A stretch of 64,000 bases of DNA, taken from positions 56 to 64,055 of the forward strand of contig PFGT01000074.1 of NCBI GenBank assembly GCA_002782005.1. Direction: 5' to 3'. The position numbers were made by a program, and so were the translations under genes. The notes beneath the pieces are model-generated. The model was not told the DNA's origin, did not search any database, and was given only the letters and a program-made list of their open reading frames with translations. The stretch is from Hydrogenophilales bacterium CG12_big_fil_rev_8_21_14_0_65_61_21. Its GTDB lineage: Bacteria > Pseudomonadota > Gammaproteobacteria > Burkholderiales > Thiobacillaceae. This document shows, piece by piece, positions 17,944 through 26,531 of this stretch (position 1 is the first letter of the stretch; every line of letters starts with the position of its first letter).

Positions 17944-18360
17944 TCAGCGCTCCTTGGGGAAACCAGCCTGTTCCCAGGCCATGATGCCGCCGCTCAGGTT
18001 GCTGACATCCTCAAACCCGGCCTTGCGCAATATGCCGCAGGCATGACCGGAGCGGTTGCCGCTACGGCAGACCGCGACGATGGGCTTGCCCTTGTACTTT
18101 TCCAGATCGGCCAGGCGGCCTTTCAACTGACTGAGCGGGATGTGTTTGGATTTCGGGATGTGGCCATCGGCGAATTCCGAGCTCTCGCGCACATCGAGCA
18201 TCAGCGCATCGTTGTTGAACAGCCTGACCGCATCCTGGGGACCAACCTGCTTGACGCCGGACAGGCGGCCCATCAAGCTGCCGCCGACCAGCATGTAGCC
18301 GGATACCAGCATCAACAGGATCAGCCAGATGTTTTGTTGGGCGAATTCCATCCCATTCAC
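17944..18360 (-). CDS. Membrane-anchored rhodanese-domain protein (YibN-like)
   Basis: N-terminal TM helix (IWLILLMLVSGYMLVGG), rhodanese fold and active-site loop AVCRSGNRS. It occupies the yibN position upstream of grxC-secB-gpsA. Confidence 0.85.
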   Translation of the reverse strand: MNGMEFAQQNIWLILLMLVSGYMLVGGSLMGRLSGVKQVGPQDAVRLFNNDALMLDVRESSEFADGHIPKSKHIPLSQLKGRLADLEKYKGKPIVAVCRSGNRSGHACGILRKAGFEDVSNLSGGIMAWEQAGFPKER

Positions 18361-18392
18361 CTCCAGGTAATTAAGAACGCAGGGATTCTACC

Positions 18393-18620
18393 CTAGCGGC
18401 TGCAAGTGCCGTCGCCGGACTTGAGGCCCAGCTTCTTGAACAGCAATGCCGGCGGGCAGAAGCCGGTGATGCCGGACTGGAGCAGGTTGAGGCCGATGAA
18501 GACGGTAAACCATAGCCAGGACAGATGGCCGAGGTCGATCTGGCCGCTGAAATGGGCCAAGGCCAGGGACAACAGGATCATGACCCCTGCCATGATGCGG
18601 ATCGCGCGTTCGACGGTCAT
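18393..18620 (-). CDS. DUF2892 (YgaP-like transmembrane domain) small inner-membrane protein
   Basis: 75 aa with two TM helices (RIMAGVMILLSLALA ... LLQSGITGFCP). Strong SD (GAGGAGAAACACC-ATG) at the ATG at 18620, 23 nt after the RND stop. Confidence 0.75.
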   Translation of the reverse strand: MTVERAIRIMAGVMILLSLALAHFSGQIDLGHLSWLWFTVFIGLNLLQSGITGFCPPALLFKKLGLKSGDGTCSR

Positions 18621-18643
18621 TGGTGTTTCTCCTCGCAAAAGAA

Positions 18644-21600
18644 TTATGTGGTTTGTTGACGGCGCTGCCACAAGTAATAGACCAGCGGGATCACCACCAG
18701 GGTCAAGGCCGTGGATGCGAAGGTACCGAAAATCAGCGAAACCGCCAAGCCCCCGAAGACCGGATCGGTAATCATGATGGCCGAGCCCAGGATAATCGCC
18801 AGGGCGGTCAACAGGATGGGCCGAAAGCGCACCGCGCCGGCCTCGACGATGGCCGTTTCCAGGTCGTAGCCGCGCTTGCGGTAATCCAGTATGAAGTCAA
18901 TAAGCAGCAATGAGTTACGGACCACGATGCCGGCCAGGGCGATGACGCCGATCATCGAGGTGGCGGTGAAGGCCTGGCCGGTCGCCCAGTGGCCAGGGAA
19001 TACGCCGACCAGGGTGAGCGGGATCGCGCCCATGACGATAAACGGCAAGGCGAAAGACTTGTAGTAGCCAACCAGCACCAGGTAGATCAGGACGATGGCG
19101 ATGATGAAGGCAGAACCCAGGTCGCGGAACACGTCCAGGGTCAGGCGCATCTCGCCGCCCCAGAGCAGGGTGTTTTCCACTACATCCTTGGGGCTGGCCT
19201 GGGTAAAGCCGAGGTTGCCGGTAGCGAAGCTGACGCCATTGGCCAGCTTCTGACCGTCGAGCCGCTTGTCCAGAGCCAGCACGGCATAGACCGGACTGGA
19301 CTTAAGCAACTCGCCGCCGACCATGACCATGGGATGCTGGTCGCGGTCATAGATCGGCTTGGCGACGGTCACTCTGGTCACCGTGGCAATGGCCGACAGC
19401 GGTACCTGCTTGCCTTGCGGGTTGGCGATTCGCAGGCTGAGCAGGGTATCGGGCGTGGTGCGCAATTCACGCGGCAGACGCACCTGGATGTCCACCGGCT
19501 CGCGCGCGTCGAGCGCGTGAAGGGCGCCAATATTGAAGCCCGAGACGTAGTTGCGCAGCAGCTCGGCTACCTGACCCGGCGCCACGCCGGACAGCAGTGC
19601 CTTCTCGGTATCGACCTTGACGTCGTAGCCGTCGGCGTTGGCGGTGACCGAATCGTCAGCATTGGTCATGCCGTAGACGGTCTCGAAATCCTGCTCGACG
19701 ATGGCCGCCGCCGCGCGCAGCCGGTCATAGTCTGGGCCATACAGCTCAGCCAGCACCTGGGCCTGAACCGGCGGTCCGGGCGGCGTTTCATAGAGCTTTA
19801 TTTTGGCCGAGGGGAAACGCTTGCGCAGCGCCATCAACTGGCCATTCAACTCGTTGGCGATCTCATGCGATGAGCTGTCACGCTCGTGCTTGTTGACCAG
19901 ATTAACCCGAATCTGGGCCAGATTCTGGCCCTTCTTTATCAGGTCGCCACGCACCAGGGCGGCGAAATCGATCGGCGCGGTCATGCCGAGGAAGGTCTGG
20001 TAGTCGGTTATATGGGGATGCACAGCCAATATCCGGCCGACCTCGCGCGCTACCTGGTCGGTTGCCGCCAGGGCCGTACCGGCCGGCATATCGACCTCCA
20101 GCAGCATGGTGTTGGTGTTGTCGTTGGGCAGCATCTTCAGCTCGACGCCCAACATCGACAACGGCCCGTTCAAGCCCGCCGGACGGATGAACTGCCAGGC
20201 CGGCATCAGCATGGCGCCAAGTAGCAACGCCGACACGACCAGGAAGATCAGGTTACGTTTGGCCGGCGACGCGATCAGCGGCGTTAGAACCGCGACATAG
20301 GCACGATGCAGTGCGTCCTGTGCCGATGCGCCTTCATCTTCCAGGCTGGGCTTGCGCGCGGCCTCTTCGCGGGCCGCCTTCTTGGCCAGCCACAGGTTGG
20401 CGGCCCAGGGTACAACCATGTAGGCGATGATAATGGAGGCGATCATGGCGACCGGCACGTTGAACGGGATCGGCGCCATGAACGGCCCCATCATGCCGGT
20501 CACAAAGGCCATGGGGATGAAGGCCAGGATCACGGCGACGGTGGCAACGTTGGTCGGGTTGCCGATCTCGTTGGTGGCCTCGATCAGCACGCTGCCGAAG
20601 TCCTTGCCACCCGTGCCGTGATGCAGATGGCGGTGGATGTTCTCGATTACCACGATGGCCGCGTCGACCAGCAAGCCGAGCGACAGGATCAGCGCGAACA
20701 GGGTGATGCGGTTGATCGTCTGACCGAAGGCCAGGCCGATTGCCAGGACCACGAACAGGATCAACGGCACCGTCAGGGTGACGATGCCGGCCTCGCGCCA
20801 ACCGAGGAAGATGACCAGGATGACCACCACCGAGCCGATGGCCAGCCCCAAGTGCGAGACCAGCTCGTTGACCGCCTCGTTGGCCTTCTCGCCGTCGTTG
20901 CGGGTCACGGCGACCTCGATGCCGGCCGGGATGGCCTGTTTTTTCAGGTCCGCCAGCTTGGCCAGTACCGCGTCGGCGACAACCACGGCATTGGCGCCGG
21001 CCTTCTTGGCGATGGCCAGGGTCACGGCCGGGTTCTCACCATGGCCGGACTTGCCCAGGGCCTGGCCCCAGGCGAAGCGCGTGGTCTCTTCCAGCTCGCC
21101 CGGCCCGTCTTCGATCTGCGCCACATCCTTCAGGTAGACCGGACGGCCCATCTGGGACACGCCCACCACGATCTTGCCAACTTCGTCGGCCGAGCCGAGA
21201 AACCCGGACAGCCGCAATGGCCGGGCTTGGTTATCCCGCACCAGATCGCCCAACGGCGCCGAGACATTGCTGCCGCGCAGCATTTTGTCGACCTTGTCCA
21301 GGGTCAGGCCGGCCGCGTCCAGGCGCTGGGCATCGAGCCAGACGTTGACCATGTGCTTACGGCCGCCGACCACCTGAGTGAACGAGACGCCTGGGACATT
21401 GCGCAACTGTTCCAGGATACGGTTGGCCACCTCGCGCAAGGTGTAATCGTCATAGGCTGATGCCGCCAGAGTCAGGGTCATGATCGGCACGTCGTCGACG
21501 TTGATCGGCTTGACCAGCGGCTGCGTGGCGCCCGGCGGGATGCGATCGATGTTTTGCATCAACTGGTTGTATAGCTTGACCAGGCTGTCTTCCTGCTTTT

Positions 21601-21931
21601 GTCCGACCTTGAACTGAATGGTCACGACGCCAAAGTCGTTGGTCGCATAGCCGAAGGTGTGATCGACCCCGGACTGGGCGTTCATGATCGCTTCCAGCGG
21701 CTTGACGATCAGGTTCTCCACCTCGGCCGGCGTTGCGCCCGGCTTGGCGACGATGATGTTGGCCGCCGGCACGACGATTTGCGGGTTGTATTCGCGCGGC
21801 GTAACCATCAGCGCCAGGGCGCCGGTCAGGGTCACGGCGACGATGGTCAGCAGGGTCAGCTTGGAGGTCAGAAAGGCTCTGGCCAGCTTGCCGGCGATGT
21901 TCATCGGGCTTTCGTGTCCGGTGTCGCTCAT
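18644..21931 (-). CDS. RND efflux transporter, inner-membrane permease (AcrB/AcrD/AcrF superfamily)
   Basis: 1095 aa with the 12-TM, two-large-periplasmic-loop architecture. Follows the MFP gene with a 3-nt gap. Confidence 0.9.
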   Translation of the reverse strand: MSDTGHESPMNIAGKLARAFLTSKLTLLTIVAVTLTGALALMVTPREYNPQIVVPAANIIVAKPGATPAEVENLIVKPLEAIMNAQSGVDHTFGYATNDFGVVTIQFKVGQKQEDSLVKLYNQLMQNIDRIPPGATQPLVKPINVDDVPIMTLTLAASAYDDYTLREVANRILEQLRNVPGVSFTQVVGGRKHMVNVWLDAQRLDAAGLTLDKVDKMLRGSNVSAPLGDLVRDNQARPLRLSGFLGSADEVGKIVVGVSQMGRPVYLKDVAQIEDGPGELEETTRFAWGQALGKSGHGENPAVTLAIAKKAGANAVVVADAVLAKLADLKKQAIPAGIEVAVTRNDGEKANEAVNELVSHLGLAIGSVVVILVIFLGWREAGIVTLTVPLILFVVLAIGLAFGQTINRITLFALILSLGLLVDAAIVVIENIHRHLHHGTGGKDFGSVLIEATNEIGNPTNVATVAVILAFIPMAFVTGMMGPFMAPIPFNVPVAMIASIIIAYMVVPWAANLWLAKKAAREEAARKPSLEDEGASAQDALHRAYVAVLTPLIASPAKRNLIFLVVSALLLGAMLMPAWQFIRPAGLNGPLSMLGVELKMLPNDNTNTMLLEVDMPAGTALAATDQVAREVGRILAVHPHITDYQTFLGMTAPIDFAALVRGDLIKKGQNLAQIRVNLVNKHERDSSSHEIANELNGQLMALRKRFPSAKIKLYETPPGPPVQAQVLAELYGPDYDRLRAAAAIVEQDFETVYGMTNADDSVTANADGYDVKVDTEKALLSGVAPGQVAELLRNYVSGFNIGALHALDAREPVDIQVRLPRELRTTPDTLLSLRIANPQGKQVPLSAIATVTRVTVAKPIYDRDQHPMVMVGGELLKSSPVYAVLALDKRLDGQKLANGVSFATGNLGFTQASPKDVVENTLLWGGEMRLTLDVFRDLGSAFIIAIVLIYLVLVGYYKSFALPFIVMGAIPLTLVGVFPGHWATGQAFTATSMIGVIALAGIVVRNSLLLIDFILDYRKRGYDLETAIVEAGAVRFRPILLTALAIILGSAIMITDPVFGGLAVSLIFGTFASTALTLVVIPLVYYLWQRRQQTT

Positions 21932-21934
21932 CGT

Positions 21935-23008
21935 TCAGCCCCGCACCAGGTCGCCGTTATTGACCGCCGAGGCATTGCGGGTGACCACCCGATCGCCGGC
22001 GGCCAACCCCGAGAGTATTTCGACCTGACCGTGGTCGGTCCGGCCGCTACGGACCATGCGATAGTCGGCCACGCCCTTGGCGTCCAGCACGAATACGCCG
22101 GTGATGCCGGCGCGATTCAAGACCGCCTCCTGGGGGACTTGCAGGACGGCCTGCCGACCGGTTGGAAACAGCACCCGGGCGAAGGCGCCGCTACGCAGAC
22201 TTGGCGCGCTCACGTCTAGTTTGACCAGATGGGTATGTGCGACCGGGTCGGCAGCAGGTGACAGACGAGCAACCGCGCCCTCGACCGGCTGCACCTGACC
22301 GTCCACCTCGATCTTGATCCTGGCGCCCAGCTTCAGGCCGGAATAGATCGCCTCGGACACTGCGGTCTGGACCTGCAAATGGGCCTGATTTTCCACCAGC
22401 AGGACCGGGTGGCCGGGGGCGGCGATGTCGCCCTGGTTGGCGAATTTCTGTACCACCACGCCGTTGATCGGCGAGACGACCACGGCATAGCGCAACTGGC
22501 CATGGGCGGTTTGCAGGCCGGCCTTGGCCTGGGCGGCGCGGGACGCAGCGATGTCATAGTTCAGCTTCATCTTTTCATATTGCTGACGGCTGACCACTTC
22601 GTCCTTGTACAGGGCATCGAAACGGGCATAGTCGGCCTTGGCGTCCTGCATGGCCTTTTCGGCCTGGTCGAGGCCCAGCCGCGCTTGCGCGACGCCACCC
22701 TCGATGTCCATCGGATCGATGGTGAACAGGCGCTGGCCGGCCTTGACCGACTGGCCTTCGGCCACCGCGATATTCTTGATGTAGCCCATCAGGCGCGAGG
22801 CCACCTGAACCGATTCCTGGGCCACCACGGCGCCCGGCAGCGGGCTGTAGATCACGCTCTCGACCGGTTGTAAGGTCACAACACCGGCATTTACTGTGCG
22901 CGCAGCAGCGGCCGCCGGCGCTTTTTCATGGCTGCCGCCGCAACCGGTCAGGCTCAGGGCAACGGCAAGTAGGATGGGGTTGAGCTTGTTCATCGGTTCA
23001 TTCCTCAC
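21935..23008 (-). CDS. RND efflux periplasmic adaptor (MFP), lipoprotein
   Basis: Lipobox LSLTGCGG. Coiled-coil hairpin plus lipoyl/beta-barrel segments typical of the HlyD/AcrA family. Confidence 0.9.
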   Translation of the reverse strand: MRNEPMNKLNPILLAVALSLTGCGGSHEKAPAAAAARTVNAGVVTLQPVESVIYSPLPGAVVAQESVQVASRLMGYIKNIAVAEGQSVKAGQRLFTIDPMDIEGGVAQARLGLDQAEKAMQDAKADYARFDALYKDEVVSRQQYEKMKLNYDIAASRAAQAKAGLQTAHGQLRYAVVVSPINGVVVQKFANQGDIAAPGHPVLLVENQAHLQVQTAVSEAIYSGLKLGARIKIEVDGQVQPVEGAVARLSPAADPVAHTHLVKLDVSAPSLRSGAFARVLFPTGRQAVLQVPQEAVLNRAGITGVFVLDAKGVADYRMVRSGRTDHGQVEILSGLAAGDRVVTRNASAVNNGDLVRG

Positions 23009-24396
23009 AATTGATCGGCGTCCAGTACACCCACGGCCAGTTTCAATGCCGCGCGCTGCACTGCCTGATCGTAGTCAGCGGCAACCAGGTCGGCGCGGGC
23101 CTTGTCCAGTTGAGCCTGGGCGGCAAGCAGCTCGATCAGCGTACCCAGGCCATTCTCATAGCGTTTCTTGACCAGCCGCTGCGCCTCGCTCGCCTCCGCG
23201 ACGGCGAGCGTCCGGGCCTTGACCTTCTCCTCCGCTTCCTGAGCCCGACGTTTAGCATCGCCCACTTTGTAGGCGATGCCGTTGCTGGCCTGATCGAGCT
23301 TGGCGACCGCCTCCAGGCGCTGGGCCTCGGCCCGATCCACCGCGGCCCGACTGCCGCCGCCGTCGAAGGCGGTCCACGACAACACACCCGCCGCAGTATA
23401 CGAACTGGAATCGAGGCCTAATGTCTTGCCGTTCCAGTCCTGGCGCAGCATGACGTTGAATTGCGGCAGTTTGCCGGCGCGCGCGGCGGCTACGGCGGCG
23501 GCGGCGCCATCGGCCTGATTACGCAAGGCTTGCAAACCCTGGTGATTAGCCAGGGCAGCCTGACGCAGGCTGGCGACATCGCCCTCCAGCGTGACCGGCA
23601 TGACCGGCGCGCCGACATCGAGCGGCTCAGCCAGCGGCTTGCCCAGCAGCAGATGGAGTTGGTCGAGCGCGGCGGCTTCGGCGTTGCCGGCCGAAACCGA
23701 TTTCAGTTTCATGTCCGCCAGATTGACCTCGGCGGACAACAGATCACTTTTCACCGCCATGCCCTGTTTAAAAAGCTGGGTGCTGATCCGCACAAACTCC
23801 TCGGCGGCAGCCCGCGCCTCACCGGCGACCTGAACGTAGGCCCGGGCGGTATGCACCCCCTGGTAGGCCATCAACACCTGCTTGACCAGTTGCTGGCGAG
23901 CCAGCCTATCCCCGGCCTGGGCCGCCTTGACATAAGACTGGGCCTGTTTGACATAGTCGGCCACCATGCCGCCGTTGTAGACCGGGATGAGCAGTTCGGC
24001 CCGCGGGTTGAAGTTGGTCACCGCGTCGGGGTGGTTGAGGTCGCGCGGAGCGACGCTCAGAATATTCGGATTGGTCGAATCGAAATCGCGAAAGCCGAAG
24101 TCGCCGAACGTGGCGCCGCGCTGCCCCAGTTTTAGGCCGAAGGCATTCAATGCGTCGTTGCTTTGGGTGGCGGTCACGGACAAATTCAATTTCGGCCAGT
24201 AATTGGCCTGCGCCTGACGCAGCCCCGCCTCGGCCTGTTTGACCTGGGCCTGGGCCATGGCCAGGTCGGGGTTTTGCGTCAGGGCGATGCCCACGCACTG
24301 CTTGAAATCCAGGGTTTCCGAGCAAGCGCCCGTTGTGGTCAAGGCAAGCGCAATGGCCAGGACTATGCGGCGCGGCATAAACAAAACCATATCCAT
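23005..24396 (-). CDS. TolC-family outer-membrane efflux protein
   Basis: 463 aa with a signal peptide and duplicated OEP repeats (e.g. PKLNLSVTATQSND...). First gene of the C-B-A-ordered operon, with a 4-nt overlap onto the MFP gene. Confidence 0.9.
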   Translation of the reverse strand: MDMVLFMPRRIVLAIALALTTTGACSETLDFKQCVGIALTQNPDLAMAQAQVKQAEAGLRQAQANYWPKLNLSVTATQSNDALNAFGLKLGQRGATFGDFGFRDFDSTNPNILSVAPRDLNHPDAVTNFNPRAELLIPVYNGGMVADYVKQAQSYVKAAQAGDRLARQQLVKQVLMAYQGVHTARAYVQVAGEARAAAEEFVRISTQLFKQGMAVKSDLLSAEVNLADMKLKSVSAGNAEAAALDQLHLLLGKPLAEPLDVGAPVMPVTLEGDVASLRQAALANHQGLQALRNQADGAAAAVAAARAGKLPQFNVMLRQDWNGKTLGLDSSSYTAAGVLSWTAFDGGGSRAAVDRAEAQRLEAVAKLDQASNGIAYKVGDAKRRAQEAEEKVKARTLAVAEASEAQRLVKKRYENGLGTLIELLAAQAQLDKARADLVAADYDQAVQRAALKLAVGVLDADQL

Positions 24397-24437
24397 GCTC
24401 CTTTGGGACTGTCTCCCGGTCCTGAACCCAGGCCCGG

Positions 24438-24459
24438 AATATTAGCGAATGCTAATATT
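24438..24459. promoter_or_regulatory. Perfect 9-4-9 inverted repeat AATATTAGC-GAAT-GCTAATATT (candidate ArsR-family operator)
   Basis: Read directly from the sequence. It lies between the ArsR-family gene and tolC and overlaps the predicted -10 of the efflux operon promoter. Confidence 0.65.
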
Positions 24460-24483
24460 ACACATTAGAAAAACTTATGTCAA
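24455..24483 (-). promoter_or_regulatory. Sigma70-type promoter of the tolC-MFP-RND operon
   Basis: Minus strand reads TTGACA (24483-24478), 17 nt spacer, TAATAT (24460-24455). It sits about 60 nt upstream of the tolC start. Confidence 0.55.
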
Positions 24484-24526
24484 TATAAGCCCCGCCGAGC
24501 AAGATACTAGAATTGCCTGTTTTTCG

Positions 24527-24853
24527 CTATTTGGTGAAACCGCAGAAAACGTCCCGCATGATGCTGATGAGCTGCAAGGTGCGGGTATCCGCCACGCGGT
24601 AGAACACGCGGTTGGCATCCTTGCGGGTGCGCAACACGCCTTTGTCGCGCAGGATGGCAAGGTGCTGGGAGATATTGCTTTGAGAGGTGCCGACACTATC
24701 CACGATGCCCTGGACGCTGACTTCATTGCCGCCCAGCACGCAGAGTATCTTGAGTCGAAGCGGATGCGACATCGCCTTCAGCGCACGCGAGGCCTGTTCG
24801 ATATGTTCGTCGTTTTCGATAAGCGCCGCGATGGGCTCCAAGGTCGTAATCAA
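24527..24853 (-). CDS. ArsR/SmtB-family transcriptional regulator, two-Cys YgaV/BigR/SqrR-like
   Basis: LKAMSHPLRLKILCVL...SQSNISQHLAILRDKGVL winged HTH. It has only two Cys, C38 in helix alpha2 and C104 near the C-terminus (RDVFCG). Confidence 0.85.
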   Translation of the reverse strand: MITTLEPIAALIENDEHIEQASRALKAMSHPLRLKILCVLGGNEVSVQGIVDSVGTSQSNISQHLAILRDKGVLRTRKDANRVFYRVADTRTLQLISIMRDVFCGFTK

Positions 24854-24965
24854 GTGTCTGTCTCCAAAACTGCAACGGATGCCGACGCCAATTCTATGAC
24901 GTATTCAAATATACTAAAATACTGGACGTGTAAAATGATAGCGTTTTCTAGGATAAAATCTCCTT

Positions 24966-26531
24966 ATGCCACCTAGTGTCCTGCCTGTACTACTCATTAT
25001 TCTGGACGGCTTCGGTTATCGCGAAGAGACCACCGACAACGCCGTCGCCGCTGCGCATAAGCCCAATTGGGACCGGCTTTGGGCGACTTGTCCCCATACC
25101 TTCATTCATGCCTCGGAGTCCGCCGTGGGCCTGCCCAAGGGCCAGATGGGCAATTCCGAGGTCGGCCATTTGAACATCGGCGCCGGTCGCGTCGTCTACC
25201 AGGAATTCACCCGCATCGACCGTTCGATCGAAGCCGGCCATTTCTTTGAGAACTACGTCCTGGTCGACTTGATCGACAAGGTCAAGGCCAACAATGCCAC
25301 TCTGCATGTGTTCGGCCTGCTTTCTGACGGCGGCGTCCATAGCCACGAGCGGCACATCCACGCTATGCTGGACATGGCGGTGCATAGCGGCGTGGAAAAG
25401 ATTTCGGTACACGCATTCCTGGATGGCCGCGATACGCCGCCGAAGTGCGCCGATGTTTACCTCGAACGCCTACAGGCCAAGCTGGATGCGCTCGGCAAGG
25501 GTTGCATCGCCACGATCAGTGGCCGCTACTTTGGCATGGACCGTGACAAGCGCTGGCCGCGGGTCCAGGTCGCCTATGACCTGATTACCCTGGGCGAGGC
25601 GGAATACCGCGCCCCAACCGCGCTGGAGGGACTGGCCATGGCCTACGCACGGGGTGAGACCGACGAGTTCGTCAAACCGACTGTAATTGCCGCCGCCGGC
25701 CAGCCGGCGCCGCGCATGGTGGATGGCGACGCCGTGGTCTTCATGAACTTTCGTTCCGATCGCGCCCGGCAATTGACCAAGGCCTTCCTGCAACCGGACT
25801 TCGATGGCTTCAAGCGCAAATACGTGCCCAAGCTTTCCAATTACTGCACGCTGACCCACTACGCGGATGAATTCAAGGTGCCGGTCGCCTTTCCGCCCGA
25901 ACGTATCCGCAACGGTTTCGGCGAATACATAGCCAGCCTCGGCTTGCGCCAATTACGCATCGCCGAGACCGAAAAGTTTCCCCACGTCACCTACTTCTTC
26001 AATGGCGGCGAGGAAACCGTCTACCCTGGCGAGGACCGCGTCCTGGTGCAATCGCCGCCGGTCGCCCACTACGACCAGCAACCGGAGATGAGCGCCTACG
26101 AGGTCACCGACAAGCTGGTCGCAGCGATCGAAAGTCGTAAATACGATGCCATCATTTGCAATTTCGCCAATGCCGACATGGTCGGTCATACCGGCAATTT
26201 CACCGCCGCCAGACAGGCCATCGAGGCCCTGGATGTCTGTCTGGGCAGGGTGTTGGAGGCCATGAAATCGACCGCTGGCGAGGTTCTCATAACCGCCGAC
26301 CACGGCAATGCCGAATGCATGCTGGACCTGGCCAATAAGCAGCCGCATACCGCCCACACGACCAATCTGGTGCCCTTGCTCTATGTCGGCCGCCCGGCGC
26401 ATCTGGCTGAGACCGGCGCCCTGGAGGACATCACGCCCACGCTGCTGGCGATGATGGGCCTGGCAAAACCGCGCGAGATGACTGGCCATCCACTGGTGCG
26501 CTTTGATGCGCCCGCCCATCCCGAGCCTTAA
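24966..26531 (+). CDS. gpmI: 2,3-bisphosphoglycerate-independent phosphoglycerate mutase
   Basis: LIILDGFGYRE...GQMGNSEVGHLNIGAGR...ADHGNAE motifs. Confidence 0.95.
   Translation: MPPSVLPVLLIILDGFGYREETTDNAVAAAHKPNWDRLWATCPHTFIHASESAVGLPKGQMGNSEVGHLNIGAGRVVYQEFTRIDRSIEAGHFFENYVLVDLIDKVKANNATLHVFGLLSDGGVHSHERHIHAMLDMAVHSGVEKISVHAFLDGRDTPPKCADVYLERLQAKLDALGKGCIATISGRYFGMDRDKRWPRVQVAYDLITLGEAEYRAPTALEGLAMAYARGETDEFVKPTVIAAAGQPAPRMVDGDAVVFMNFRSDRARQLTKAFLQPDFDGFKRKYVPKLSNYCTLTHYADEFKVPVAFPPERIRNGFGEYIASLGLRQLRIAETEKFPHVTYFFNGGEETVYPGEDRVLVQSPPVAHYDQQPEMSAYEVTDKLVAAIESRKYDAIICNFANADMVGHTGNFTAARQAIEALDVCLGRVLEAMKSTAGEVLITADHGNAECMLDLANKQPHTAHTTNLVPLLYVGRPAHLAETGALEDITPTLLAMMGLAKPREMTGHPLVRFDAPAHPEP

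Noticed and set aside
24854-24965. Second operator copy for autoregulation in the AT-rich arsR/gpmI divergent region.
   Set aside because: Only a loose AATATA-containing stretch is present. There is no inverted repeat comparable to the one at 24438-24459.
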